DNA from: Camelus ferus
Taxonomy: Eukaryota
Length of the DNA stretch: 64,000 bases
Direction: 5' to 3'
NCBI RefSeq assembly: GCF_009834535.1
Contig: NC_045696.1
Span: 110,672,001 to 110,736,000 of the forward strand
Shown here piece by piece: positions 23,730-37,913 of the stretch. Under the pieces are notes generated by a model. It searched no databases. It was not told where the DNA came from and was given only the letters and a program-made list of their open reading frames with translations. Within the stretch, counting starts at the first letter, position 1, and every line of letters begins with the position of its first letter. A program made the translations under genes and the position numbers.

Positions 23730-24545
23730 GAAATCAGTAATCCTTCAGAAGAGGGAAGAATTCATAATAATAAAAGTGGAAATTGAGTTAGAAAAACTTA
23801 TCTAAAAGTGAAGAATTAAACTGAAAAAATGAATAGGAAAATTAAAATTAAAATATTTGGAAATAAAATAATAAAATAGATCTAAAAACAAACAAAATTA
23901 AGAATGAAAGAATTTATAACCATAGATATAGAAGAAATAAAAAATAATACATGTAAGTTTACACTGATAAATTTGAAAATTAAGAATAAGTCAACCACTA
24001 TATAGAAGAATTTAAGAAAGCTGCAAAGAATTACATCTTACAAAAGCACCAAGTTCAAACAAGGAGATGAAACCTTAAAAGAACAAATAAACCCCATGCT
24101 TCTTAAATTGTTCCAGAAAAGACTAAGGACAGCGTCTCACTTCTTTCACTGACTCTAAACTCCAGGAAGACAATACAAAAAAAGGGGAAAAAAAATACAC
24201 AAATCTATTTTTTAAATAAATACTAGCAGTAAGAATCAAATGGCATACTTAAAAGTAATACAGCATGACTAAAGATGGTTCATTTTAGGAAAACAGAATT
24301 TAATATTATAAAAAGCTATTTATTGAAATATCTATCTGTATTTTATTAAGAGTTTTTTTTTTTTAGTAAAAGATTTTTAATTATCAAAAATGGATGTTAA
24401 GTACAATCAGAAGCCTTTTTGATATCTATGGAAAATATCATTTTGTTTCTGCTTTAAATCACCAACACAGTAAGAATAATTACCTTAAACCGACAGCCAT
24501 TATCTGACTCAATGGTAACACAGTAGGAGTATTCCCATCAAGATC
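23730..24545 (+). mobile_element. Highly decayed ancient L1 ORF2 fragments
   Basis: A-rich, with L1 ORF2-like stretches (aaaagcacca..., cttaaattgttccagaaaa, aaataaatactagca). Confidence 0.55.
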
Positions 24546-25259
24546 AAGAGAGCTCTTTCACATTTTAATTTCCCTGTTACTCACTTTTTTCTAATCAGTC
24601 TATTATATAATAAAAATGACAAAATTTCTATTTTGGGGAAAAATGATAGATCTTATTAAACTTTACCATATATTCATACAAAAAAGTATTGCTATATTAC
24701 AATTTCCCCCTCTAATTTCATATGTCTAAAGTGGAGTGGGAAACTATCTAAAAAATGAGAGCCCTTCTTTCTAACATAAAAACATTCATCTGCTACTTTC
24801 TAAACTGGAGCGAGAGTTGAGGGACTGGTTAAGTGGATGAGGATTTACACAGTTAGAAAGTCTCAAAACCTCAGAGGCTTAATCAATTAATGGGAACAAA
24901 GGAAAACAAATAAAATTTTCCTAAATCAAGTATCTGCCTTAGAAGACTGCACAATGAAATCAAATTTATGAGAGAAATGTGAATTCACAAATTCTAACTT
25001 CAGAATCACCTTGAGAGTCAAACACGCCCATTTTTATAATCCTGAAATAAAACTACAGAATTTGTTTATTTTACTCTAGAAGCAAAAGCATAAGAATTAA
25101 ATGCCTGCAATGTCCCAAATGTCAACTGATGTTGCACATTCAAAAAATCTTATTAGAGGATCTCAGTCAAGAAAATACCCCTTTCAATTCTACACTTACC
25201 TCCTCCACACAACTAAGCCCTCTCTTAACATTTTTCTCATGTATCTTTTTCATCCTGAT

Positions 25260-25425
25260 TAGTGCTGTGCAAGAGGACTTTCCAAAATGATGGAAACATT
25301 CTATACCTACACTATCCAATAAGGTAGCTACTGAGCACTTGAAATGTGGCTAATGAGCAACTGAATTTTAAATTTTATTTAAAGAGTCACACATGGTTAG
25401 TGGCTAGCTACCTTAGAGAAAGCAT
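25260..25425. mobile_element. hAT-Charlie non-autonomous DNA transposon (MER3-like)
   Basis: gtgctgtgcaagaggactttcc...atgatggaaacattcta...gagcacttgaaatgtggcta...cacatggttagtggcta. Confidence 0.75.
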
Positions 25426-27634
25426 ATCCTAGATTCTGCAGCAAAAGGTCCCTGCAGTGAGGTGCCAACAAGGCCCAAAATACTGCCATGACTGGTAAAC
25501 TTGGAGCTATCTTGCAGATACTGAGCTCTAAAGCCTCCCTAGGAAGAGAGTTATAAGAAAATTCTTAGGAGAATTCCATTCCACTTTCCTCTTTCCCTTC
25601 CCTTCTTCGAAGCGTTCCCCGTGCTGCTCTCCTCTGCAATGGCTGCTGTGCTTCCCTTTAAGGTTAGGGCAAATACTTGTAGGTCATTTAAAAACCTTCC
25701 CAAGCAGCCCTAAACCTTCAAAGATTACCTAAAAATCCCCTTGGATATAAGATTTAGAGATTAAAATCTAAATGAGCTTACATGTGTGGTATGTTAGTCA
25801 TACTTGCAATTTTAGATTCTTTTCCCTTAAATTTTACATTTACTGAGTTGCTAGTGTCCTAAGTTGAAAAGAAAAAAGATTTCAGAAATTCAAGGAGGTA
25901 CTTGTCTTCTTATCTTTGAAACTCTAACTCCTAGCACAGTACTCAGCACTGCATACAGCAGGTGCTCAGTAAATGTTTATCAAATAGCTAAAAACAGACC
26001 AATCTATCCAATAACAAGTCAACATGCATTCAAATCTGACCTAGCTTACCCTCGCTTTTAAAAGAAACTATCAATCAGACAGCAATTAATACCACATCAG
26101 TTTTTTTTCTTCATGACCACTCTAACACCAGGAAAAGACTAAGTTTATGTCTTCATGAAGAAAATACTCACATTTTATTCACTATCTACAAAGAAATTGC
26201 CATTTTTAAATTACAATAATTTAATTTGCAATTCTATGAGTATGAGATAAATTTGTTGGCTAATTCTTAAAAATTATCATACTAAAAAACAAGTGCTTAT
26301 TGCAAAAATAAAGCTACATAAAATCAAACTACAAAAGGAATAAAGACTTAAGTAGACAAAATGAAAAATTTATGACAGATGACTCCATATATATGATATG
26401 AAGAAATGTAAAAACAAACACCCTTCCTCCCAGCTGAGAAATTAATATTCATTATTGACTGTATTTACTGCACTTGTTTCCTTTTCTTCAGAAACTAAAC
26501 TTACACACATCGTTAAATGCCTATAGGGAGTAGGCGTTTCTTCCACTTCTTAGGTTTTCACCATTCACAGATTTATTCTAATGTGATAGCCTATTAAGAA
26601 ATGACTTACATTACCCATTAACTTGAGGTCACTTAGAATCAGGAAACTAAAGTTACTCAAATAAATTAGAAAGTGTTTGAGGCAACTAACTGCCTTATCT
26701 ACGGGGCATTTTGCACTCACAGCAACCAGTGATAAAGAATTGGGCGATAAGAACAAGAAAAAGACGTTGTGCTAATAATGGTCGTGCTGATGAAGATAAG
26801 AAAGACCGTCTGAGAGTGCAGCAAGGCCACTGAAGCAAAAGCTGAGGATCTACTTCAGTTTTGGAGAGGTGATGTTCAGACTTTTGAACAGACTAAATTT
26901 GCATTAACTTACATGAAAACAAACACACTCCTGTATTATTTTAATTCCTGAAAATAAAAATGTTATGCCATTCTTAAACTTTCTCGTCCTTATGGATATT
27001 GCTTTCTTCTTTGAAACAACTTTTTATAATATGATTTTTTTCATCTGGCAACTTTTTTTTTCATGGAAGAAAAAACTAACATGTCAGATCAGAAACTGCA
27101 TATTAAGTATTGCTATGGATTGACCTAATATTAAAGAAGCACGTAAGAGTGTGCTGTGTTCCATGATATGGCAGTGAATAAAGAATCCCTTAAGGACACA
27201 GTTTCCTCTGGAAAGGCATTTTATTTGCTATTTAGTTAACTTAATTCAGACATCTGAAATAAACTTCAAAGTACTAAGAGTTAATATACTTGTCAGTCAT
27301 TGTTTGAAAGTTTATTTCAGACTTGAATACTCTTAACTAGCTTGTATCAACTAGGCATGTACAGTAGTATCAATAGAAAGAGACAATACAAAGCCACTGT
27401 CCACCATCAAAGTGTCATACATACTCTTCCGCACAGAAATGCGTATTCTTCAGTTCTCTCAAAATAGAGAAAATTCAATGCTACTTTCTTTTTGTAAAGT
27501 ACAGAAAAAGCTTGCATTTATTATAAAATAATGGTTCTCAAATTTATTGTGATCAAAAACCTTTGTGCATTACTTTTAAGATTAAGATCCTCAGTCCTTT
27601 CAAGTGAATAGTCTATGCAACAGGCCTCAAATAA

Positions 27635-27980
27635 TCCAAATCAGAGTTGGAAGACAGCTTTCAATTTATCCTGTCTAGTTCTCGTAACATACTGCTTGAG
27701 CCCTTACGGTACCCTGGGTAAAGGTGGCTACTTTTAATTGTTCACTGCTGGTACAAAGGAACAAACTACTCTTCCCTAAAAGTAATTCTACTCATTTCCC
27801 AGTACTGCAGATATTGGCCATTGTGCCTTAGTTCTAAGTCAAACATACACTTCCCCACAAACTTCTCCCTCTGGTCCAAGTTGTCTTTCAGCTTCACACA
27901 AAGCATACCTAATTTGTCTGCCTATCAGACTTTCAATCTGAATTCTCTCCTGGGTTGAACACCTGGTTCCTTCAACCTTT
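27635..27980 (-). mobile_element. L3/CR1 LINE fragment
   Basis: tcagagttggaag...tctagtt..., aacttctccctctggtccaagtt resemble the CR1/L3 3' end. Confidence 0.5.
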
Positions 27981-28174
27981 TAAAAATAAGATTTGGCCAC
28001 CAATTTCTAGAAGCCTTTAGGATTCTCACAGAATCAAGGGTTTTTCCTTTTATTATTAAAAGCTTGAGAATCTAAACTAAATTTTAGTCCACCAAATAAT
28101 GTAATCAGGGATAACTGAAGTATAAGGCTTCTCAAAGAGTTAAGAGATTAACGGTAAGCATTGCTAAAGAAGGC

Positions 28175-28425
28175 ACTACAGTTTGGTGGTTAAGCCCTTA
28201 AACCCACTAGTTCTGGACTCACACTGCCTGGGTTCAAATACTGTCTGAACTATTCACTGTTTATGCATTCTCTGATAACTTGCTTAACTGCTCTAAGCTT
28301 CGGTTTCCTCATTTGAAACGTGGATATATACGCATACTTACCTCATAATGTGAGAATTAGATAATTCATGTAAAGTGCTTATCACTTACTGTTTATAATT
28401 AATAAATGTTATTTTTATTGCTATT
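28175..28425 (+). mobile_element. MIR SINE
   Basis: gcctgggttcaaat...cttaactgctctaagcttcggtttcctcatttg...catgtaaagtgctt...aataaatgtt. Confidence 0.85.
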
Positions 28426-28552
28426 ATTCTGCTGAGAAAATCTCCCACTTCTCTGAGAGGAAATAAAGGGCATCTCATGAAATATATTTTAAGGATTTAA
28501 ATTCCATGACGCAGGGTCCATATTTTTTCCAGTTCAGATGGGGCTTTCTTTT

Positions 28553-29960
28553 CAAGACTTTTTTTTTTTTAAGAGCACTTTTAGGTTCCCAGTAATATTA
28601 AGCAGAAGGTACAGACATCTCACATACACTCCCTGTCCTCACCTATGCACAACCTCCCCCATTATCAACATCCTCCACCAGAGGGATACATCTGTTACAA
28701 CTGCGGAACCTACACTGACTTTCACTATCCAGCAAAGCCCACAGTTTACATTAGAGTTCATTCTTGGTGTCCTACTTTCTATGGGTTTGGACAAATGTAA
28801 GGACATGTATCCATCAATACAGTATCACAGAGTAGTTTCACTGTCCTAAAAATCCACTGTGTTCTGCCTATTTACCCCTCCCTCCCCATTAAATCTTGAA
28901 AGCCACTGATCTTTTTACTGTCTCCAAAGTTCTGCCTTTTCCACAATGTCATATTAGTTGTCATACAGCATATAGCCTTTTCAGACTGGCTTCCTTCACT
29001 CAGTAATATGCATTTAAGTTTCCTTCATATCTTTTCATGACCTGATGGTTCAATTCTTTTTAGCACTCAATAATATTCATTGTCTGCGTGCATGTACTAG
29101 TTTATTTACTCATTCACCTACTGAAGGACATCTTGGATGCTTTCAAGTTTTGGTAATTATGAATAAACCTGCTATAAACACTGTGTACAGGTTTCTCGGT
29201 GGACATGTTTTCAACTCCTTTGGATAAATACTAAGAAGTGTGACTGCTGGATCATATGGTAAGTGGATGCTCGGTGTTGTAAGAAACCACCAAACTGTCT
29301 TTCAAAGTGGCTGTACCATTTTGCATTTCCACTAGCAATGAATGATAGTTCCTGTTGCTTCACATCCTTGTCAGCATTTGGACTTGCCAGTGTTCCGGAT
29401 TTGGCTATTCCAATAGATGTATAGAGGTATCTTTACATTTATATTTCCTTGATGGCATTCCCTGATGGCAAGTATCTTGTCATGTAATTATCTGCCATCT
29501 GTGTACCTTCTTTGGTGAGATCTCCATTAAAGTCTTTGGCTCATTTTTTAATCGAGCTGTTTTCTTAGTGCTGAGTTTTAAGGGTTCTTTCTATAACAGT
29601 TCTTTTATAAAATATGTCTTCTGCAAATATTTTCTCCCAGCATGTCTTTACAATCTCTTGGAAGTGTCTTTCACAAGCAGAAGTTTTCAACTTTAATGAA
29701 CTCCAGCTTATCGATTCCTTTTGTCATGGATCATGCCGTTGGTATTGTATCTAAAAAGTCATCACCAAATCCAAGGCCATCTAGATTTTCTCCCATGTTA
29801 CTTTCTAGGAGTTTTATACTTTTCCATTTCACATTTAGGTCTGTGATCCACTTGGAGTTAATTTTGTGAAGGATTTAGAGTCTGTGCCTAGATTCATTTT
29901 TTTGTATATGGATGTCTAAGTTTTCAAGTTGTCATCTGTCAAAAAGACTATCTTTGTTCC
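28553..29960 (-). mobile_element. L1 (L1MC-like) 3' fragment
   Basis: Characteristic 3'UTR (cctcccccattatcaacatcc...gaacctacactgac) followed by antisense ORF2 end. Confidence 0.88.
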
Positions 29961-30449
29961 TGGAACTAGCTTTTAATAGAGCATTGCGTGTAAAATGTAA
30001 AATTCCTATAAGTAGATGTGATCCCATTTGCCCTTCTGGGTGAAAGATATTAAAATTCCAGACTGCCTAATAATAAGCACAAAGAGATGTACAAAGACAA
30101 CACAAAGAGAATTCAGGATGGACGTATCTGAGGTTTAGAGGCTGGAAGGGTCAAGAGCTAAAATTCACAAAGCAGGAGAAAAAAATCGTCAGAATTCCTA
30201 GAATTATCAAAGACTGGTGAGGTGTGTAAATGCCTGGCAGCTGAAGAATCTTCTCTTGCAAGATTCTATCCTCACAACATAAAAAAGGTATAAGAAATTC
30301 ACCAGCTTCCCTTTCCCTCAACTCTTCACTCAATTTCCTGTATCTTAGTCATTGCACAGGCTGTCTATAAATGTAGTGGGCATCTGCCAATGAATTTCAA
30401 AGAATGATCACCATATATCCCAATATACTGAAGTTAAAATTCTATTCGA

Positions 30450-30605
30450 GGGGGAGGGTATAGCTCAAGTGGTAGAGCAGGTGCTTAGCATGCAGGAGGT
30501 CCTGGATTCAATTCCCAGTAACTCCTCTAAAACTAAATAAACCTAATCACCTCCCATGCTACCAAAATAAAATAAATACAACAATAAATAAATAAAATAT
30601 TTTAA
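30450..30605 (+). mobile_element. tRNA-Ala-derived SINE (vic-1-like)
   Basis: ggggagggtatagctcaagtggtagag...cctggattcaattccc, acctaatcacctccc core, A-rich tail; degenerate TSD aaaattctattc / aaaatcctatgc. Confidence 0.9.
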
Positions 30606-31499
30606 AAAATCCTATGCAGATACTAAAATGCTACCCTTAAATTCAGAGCATTTGCTACAACTAATATATGCAAATATTAAAGGGATCCACAGGTAGATTT
30701 TACCTGTAATTTCCATCCAGAAAAAATAAGTACCTGTATTTTCAACATTACTGTGAAGTTTTCCATAGTGCATCTGCACTTCTGCTTTAACTGAAATGTA
30801 TGCATCTTCCTTCCTAACAGAAATGACTTGCCAGGCCAAAAAGGAAACTTTGCTGTTTCATGAAAGAACAGTGCCTTTGACCACTGAAATCTATTCACCC
30901 TTCCTGCTCCTTCCAGAACAAAGATATAATTTAACTGTGTACTTTACAAGTGGGAAAATGACAAGCATAGCAGAAAGGCTACTTTGCTGGCCAAGGAGTT
31001 TATATTGATGGTGGACAGATTTGAATTACTAAAAAATATGAGTAGTGGCTGCAAAGTGAAACATGAAATTATCACAAAGGTAAAATGAAATGGGTCACAC
31101 GACTATCCCTAAGTTAAATATCAGGAGAGGTTATCTTTAGTTTAGGCACATGAAGAGAAATACTGCCACTATTAGTAACGTTTTTCTGAAATGCTGGGGT
31201 TTGTTTAACCACTTGAAGCCCTAAAGCCCCCAAATCACATGCAAAATTGGTTGTATACACACATGTTTCTAGAGAGAGGGTTCAAATAACAACTCTGAAA
31301 CAACAGGAAAATTTTTGTTGGTCATTTTTTTTTTCATTAAGACTAATGAGAAATACTTTAAACTTAGAATTGACCACATAAAATAGGTAATACAATAAAA
31401 GTTTCAGTGCCACATAATAATATATATAACCTAATGAAATAATCATCACTATCTGGGAAATGGAGGACCTTTCCAGAAGAAATTAAAAGCTTCAAGGCA

Positions 31500-33160
31500 T
31501 GTACACTGAAACAACAAACACTGTTGAAAGAAGTTTCAAAAGATCTAAATGGAAAGATGATCCATGTTCATGGATCAGAAGACTTAATATTGTTAAGGCG
31601 GCAATACTCCCCTAATTGATTTACAGATTCAGTACAATCGCAATCAAAATCTCAGCTGCCTTTTTGGTAAAACTGAGTACTGACTCTAAAATTCAGACAG
31701 AAATAAATGCAAGAGACCCAGAATAGCGAACATAATTTGAAAATTAAAAAAAAGTTGTAACCTAAAACTTTCTCATTTCAAAACTTAGTTCAAAGCTACA
31801 GTAATTAAGACAATGCGGTCCTGGCATAAGGACAGGCACACAGATCAATGAAATACAATTGAGAGTTCAGGAATCAACCTTTACATTTGTGATCAATTGA
31901 AGGTTGTCAAAGCAATTCAATGGGGAAAGAACAGACTTTTCAACAAATGGTGTGGGGAAAACTTGATATCCACATGCAAAAGAATAAAGCTGGATCCCTA
32001 CCTCCCACTATACACAAAAATTAATCAAAATTATAAAAATTATAAAACTCTTAGAAGAAAACACAGGAATAAATCTTGACTAGGTAATGGCTTCTTAGCT
32101 ATGACACCAAAGTGACAAAAGAAAAAAAGATAAACTGAATTCCACCAAAATTAAAAAATTAGTGCTTCAAAGTATATCATCAAGAAAGTGAACAGACAAC
32201 CCACAGAACAGGAGAAAATATTTGCAAATTATATCTCTATATGGAACTTATATTCAGAATACATGAAGAACTCTTACAACTCAACAACAGGAGGATAAGT
32301 AACCCAATTAAAATGATCTAAATAGACATTTCATGAAATACATACAAATGGCCAACAAGCACATGAAAAGATACTCAACATCTTAGTCATTAGAGAAATG
32401 CAAATAAAAACCGCAACGAGATACCACTTTGTACCCACAAGGCTGGTTAAAATAAAAAGACAGACAATAACAAGTTTTGGTAAGGATGTGGATAAACTGG
32501 AATCCTGATACACTGATGGTAGAATTATAAAATTCTGTAGCCACTCTGGAAAACAGTTTGGCTGTTCCTCAAGAAGTTAAACACAGAATTATCATGTAAC
32601 TCTGTATAACATCAATTCTACTCCTAGGTATATACCCAAAAGAATTGGAAATATAGATTCACCCATAACCTTGTATGTGAACATTTATAGCAGCACTATT
32701 TATAAATAGTAAAGAAGTGCAAACAATACAAACGTCGAACAACTGATGAACCAACAAAACGTGGCACAGCCATACAGCAGATGTGGCAATAAACAGAAAG
32801 GAAGTACTGACACACGTAGAAAGTGGATCAACCTTGAAAACACGCTAACTGAAAGAAGACAGTCAACAAAAGATCACATAATGGATGAGTCTGTTTATGT
32901 GAGATGTCCTAAATAAGCAAATACTCAAGACAAAAAGTAGATTAATGGCTGCCAGATGCAGGGGAGGAGGTGGAGGGGAGTAATTGCTAATATTTTTAGA
33001 GAGAATATTTTTACTTTAGGGGGGTGATAAAAGTATTCTAAAAGTGATTACTGGCGATGGTTCACAGCTCCACAAATACACTAAAACCACTGAATTGTAC
33101 AGCTAAAAAGAGTGAGTTTTATGTAAATTTTATCTTAGTAAGGTTGTTATTAAAAACAAA
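31500..33160 (+). mobile_element. L1 (L1MB-like) ORF2 3' part and 3'UTR
   Basis: ORF2 remnant IQWGKNRLFNKWCGENLISTCKRIKLDPYL; ends aaaccactgaattgtac. Confidence 0.9.
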
Positions 33161-34644
33161 AAAGTTTCAAGGTATAGGTCTATAAATATGAATGATGAAG
33201 GTAAGGAATTATGCTGAGCACAGAAATAATTCTGTTCCAAATAATCACAAGAAAGGAATTAAAAAAAAAAAAAGAGGCTTGTCTTAATTCACAGTCACTA
33301 TTAAGAACATTACAGTATTCTTCCAGGTGATCACAATTACTCACAAGCTCACAAAGCATGAAGTATTACAATAAGTTTGTTTAGAATTTTCTAAAGAATT
33401 ACAGTCTGTTCTTTAGAATTACAACAGTATGCTGTAATTGCATTAAAAACAGAAGATGTATTAAGATCAGAGCAATTTAACACTTGGGGGAAAAATAAGA
33501 AAAATTTAAATATACAATTTTTAAAAGGCTGATTCAAAGAAATAGAGATTCATATATACTACAACAGGATATGCCTATTTTCTAACTTTGCTCAGTGAAA
33601 TTAACTGACAAAAAAAATTTTAAGACAAGTATTCCACAGGGATAACAATTAAGTAATTCATACGACAAGGCTACTAAAAGGAAACAAAATTAAACACTCA
33701 AATCTTTCAAAACCGTAATCAGTTTGCTAATGCAAAACAGAAACACTACAGAATTCAAATGTTGCACCATTGTAAGAAGTTATGACACTATTACCCAAGA
33801 AATGGAAAGTTAAGAATGAGAACGAAAGTTACTTGTTTTGGGCACATGTCATGTTTTATCTGTCTGAGGCCTAATTTGGAATAATGTAGTCACCCATTTG
33901 TCAAAGTGTGGCACACTCCTTTTACTACTACTCAAAAGGACCACAGACTAAACCTTTTTGTAATGGTCAAGAGGAGCCAATTCATCAAACACTCAATGTT
34001 TTTAAGGCATAATTTTAAAACCTCACACATTCCATATCAATTCTTTTAATCCTTGTATCAATCTGAGGGGTGGGAATTACTACCCCCTTTTACAAAAAGA
34101 AAAAGAAACACTTATACCATGGTCTGACCAGGCAAGCTACTGAAAAATGTTGTCACCCTCGCCCAAGGAAAAGATCAAACCTAATTTTTAAATCTCATTA
34201 CAGGCCTAAAAAAGGACTGCAAACTGCACTATTGGTATATTTTCTCTCATAGTCAAATGGATATAAAATGCACTGATCACACACAGGCTCATCTCTAGGC
34301 AATAAAGCTGTGGAGTTAACCTCTGCGACCAATGCATAACCTTGTCATTAACTGACAGCATCCAAGAGCGGGGATAAATGGTTTATTTTCCTTTTAATTG
34401 TTATTTTTCATTCTTAACAAATTCCTTTCCAAGACACACAGAAAACCAGAAATATCAAAAGAAAAAAAGAACAATAATTTATTCTAAATGTTACATTTGC
34501 ATTTAAAATATGCACATATGCTTTTCAGAAGAGAAGGGCTGAATGGTATTACTTAATTGTGTGGTACTACTCAAGATACTGAAAAAGTAATGTTTAAAAT
34601 AATTTACAGAGGCGTAGAAAAGTAAAACCAACAGAAATACTTAC

Positions 34645-34712
34645 TTTCCCCTCCATGAATGTTTTGTTGTGTAGAAACATGCCAAATCCTTATTTTCCCT
34701 AATTATGTTCAT
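34645..34712 (-). CDS. DNAJC13: DNAJC13 exon 2 coding part (exon spans 34645-34725; ATG at 34712)
   Basis: TTTCAG|GTGTCAGCACAAAATG; encodes [22 protein letters not shown](K); donor AA|GTAAGT. Confidence 0.96.
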
Positions 34713-35919
34713 TTTGTGCTGACACCTGAAAGATAAAAATATGGATGAAGTCCGTACAGCGTCACCCTTAGAGTTTTTTCTGAATCGCCCATACCGTACT
34801 TTCACAGCCTGCCATATGGTACCGATTTTAAGACACCACTTCTACAAGACCATGAGGTTTTAAAGAACAGGGGTGGTCTGCTCACCTCTCTGTCACAGCC
34901 TTTTACACAACGGATTGTCACAGCTCTCTTCCACTACACTGGATTTCTTGAGGACAAGAACTACCCTCCATCAATATCCCGAGTACAGAGAATCTAATTT
35001 AAAATGTTAAAGTAAATAAATCTTTTAAACCTCATATTGCCAAACAATGTCTTAGCACACGACGGGCACCTAAAAATGTTTGCCAAGTGTCTAAAAGGTT
35101 TTTGGCAAGCTGCTAAGTGCCAGCCATCCTGCTGTCACTGTCACTTTAAAGGGAACCCGTGTAAATAAGGTTTAATTTAAACAAAATTCTCATTTTAAAA
35201 GTTATTCAAGTCCACAGTAAAAAATAATAAATGTTCATAAAGTAACTCATCTTTCATCCTAGCATCCAAAGATAATCACTCTAGCTTCCCCTTCTGTAGC
35301 TAGAAAAAGTAGTTTTCAACAAAAGATCGTCATTTATATTGCTTAACCTGTCTTAACAGAATAGTAACCTTTTCCCATGGAATTAAATATTCTTTGAGAA
35401 AATGATTTCTAAGTCACACGGTATTCCATTGAATGAATATACTAGAACAATGCTACTAAAAGAAGTTTCAAACATCAAAATGAGTCACATGCAGAGAGAC
35501 CATGTTATGTGCAATACTCAAGATAAGTTTGTTGACTATAACCCAGAAGTGCTTAAATCCAGAATCCATTTATTTCATGAAAAAATTGTAATTTAGCTAA
35601 AAATCAACTGGCTATTAATGGAAGACTGGTAACAAATTTTAAAAATACTGCCTCATTTGCTTCATACTGAATAAAAGTTAAAAATGAATATGGTCATCTA
35701 TTTCTTCTTTTGTGGCTTGGCTATTGCTTCCTAAAGCTTAATAATTAGAAAAGCACTCTAAGAAATATTGTAAGATACATAACAAAATGTCAATAATGCA
35801 AACTAAACGGTTGGAATTATGGTTCATTTAAGCTTTCCTTACATCTTTACTGGTCTAATTTTTTTTTTAACCAGCAAATATTCTTTCTATAATTAGAAAA
35901 CTATTTTCATTCAAAAACA

Positions 35920-36410
35920 TTTTTATAATAGCTTTTTGAGACAATTTACAAACCATAAAATTTACTCTTTTAAAGTATACAATTCGAAGGTTTTTAGTTA
36001 CGTTTACAGAGTTCTACACCACCCCTATTTTTAGAAAAATTTTATCACCCCCCCAAAAAAACCCCACTAGCAGCCACTCCCTAATTCCCTTCAATCCTGC
36101 ACCTGGCATCCACTAATCTACTTTCTGTCACTATGGATTTGCCTATTTTGGAGTCGCATATAAATGGAATCATACGACATGCCGTCTTTGTGACTGGCTT
36201 CTTTCACTTAGCGTAACATTTTCAAAGTTCACCCATGTTGTGGTATGGATCAGTTTCCTTCTATTGTATAGATAAAACACGTTTTATTTATCCATTCTTA
36301 GCTGATGGACATTTGTGTTGTTTCTATTTTTTGGCTATTACTAATAATGCTGCTATCAACAATCATTTTGTGTGAACACGCTTTCATTTCTCTTGGGTAT
36401 ATACCTGAGC
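35920..36410 (-). mobile_element. L1 (L1MB/L1ME-like) 3' end
   Basis: ccataaaatttactcttttaaagtatacaattc...ccactaatctactttctgtc...tggcttctttcacttagc. Confidence 0.85.
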
Positions 36411-36479
36411 AGCAAAAACATTTTTAAAGTTACTTCTATTTTGAGATTACTTTCTTCATTCCTCCTACTTGTATTCAGC

Positions 36480-36856
36480 GAGGGCCTCTGTACCCTACAC
36501 AGAACACTCTCCTTAGATATCCATATGGCTCACACCTTCACCTCCTTCAAATCTGTGTCCAAATGTCACCTTTACAGTAAGGCCTCCTATAACTGTCCTG
36601 TTTTAAATTGTTACCAGCCTCCTCATCCTACACTCTCTATTCCCCCTAACTCCTGTTCATCTTCCTCCATGGCATCCTTCATAGTCTAATCTGTAACTTA
36701 TTATATTTATTATTCATCTAATCCTACTAGAATATCCAGAGAGGTATTTTTATCTGTTAAGTTCATTAATATACTTGTATCCCCAAAATCACAAAATCAC
36801 CGACTGCCCCTGACACAGAACAGGTGTTCAGTAAGTATTTGAGTAAATAAATGAAA
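36480..36856 (+). mobile_element. L2 LINE 3' end
   Basis: ctcacaccttcacctccttcaaatct...aaatgtcacc...; ends cagtaagtatttgagtaaataaatgaa. Confidence 0.75.
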
Positions 36857-37913
36857 TCCAGTAATTTCACGGGAAATTCTGATGGTCACTTCCAACTTGA
36901 TGTTCTAACAGGTACTTCCAAACAAGGTTTTGTCAAATCTGGAAAAACACCAATTCATGCCCTGAGGAATAATAAGAGAATCAAAAGTAACAACAAGTTT
37001 AGAGAAGGTTTTATTGCTACCAGAGAGGAAATTTCTCTTAAGAGTCAACTGACATCTTCCCACCAGTATGTATGGAGACAGCTAAATATAGTCCTGTCAG
37101 TTGGAGTGTTATTTGTATTTTTCTGGATTGTGTATCTGGGATGACACAGGCAACCGACCAAGACTTATTAAACCAACAAACGTTATCCTTGCCTTCTGAG
37201 TCATTTGTAGTAAATGATATTGCTGAAAAGAAACTTAGGTCAGCTCTCTGAGAATGTGTCAAAAAAGTGAAACATTTTAAGCCTACAGATGATACTTTCC
37301 CCTTACATATTATAACTAACGATTGGAACAATAGGGGGAAAAGGACAAAAATGGTGAATGGCTGAAATGGAGTTTCATATCAACCATATGAAGTTAGAGT
37401 GGAGTCTGGATTCCAAGTTCATAATTTAACATATCGGAATGCCTGACTCTATACCAAAGGCCTATCTTGGGAAAACTGACCAGAAAGAAAATGGGTTTGA
37501 GTGAAGACAGGCTGATATTATGGGACTTTAAAAGTAAAATGAAAGTGAGAGAAAAATAGTAAAAGATTTTAAAATGACAACCACAAAGAGCAGACCCAGG
37601 AGTAAAGAATATCCCTACTAAATCCATGCAAGGGGTAGGGGGGAATAATCTCACAATAACAAAGCAAGTTTAAGAATTAAAAAAAAACCAAAAACCTAAA
37701 GAATGACCTCATAGTATCACTGCTATTGAGGAATAAATATGTAGCTCAAACAGATCTTTTAGGAGGGAAATTAAAACAAGTTCATGTAAGAAAGCTTATC
37801 TACAACTTTTGGGGGATGATAAAAGCACTAGACTCCAGAGAGCTCCTAGGCTAGGACAGATAAAAGAAGAAAGGGAGAGAAGATATAACACATTAACATA
37901 AAATCAAACTACT

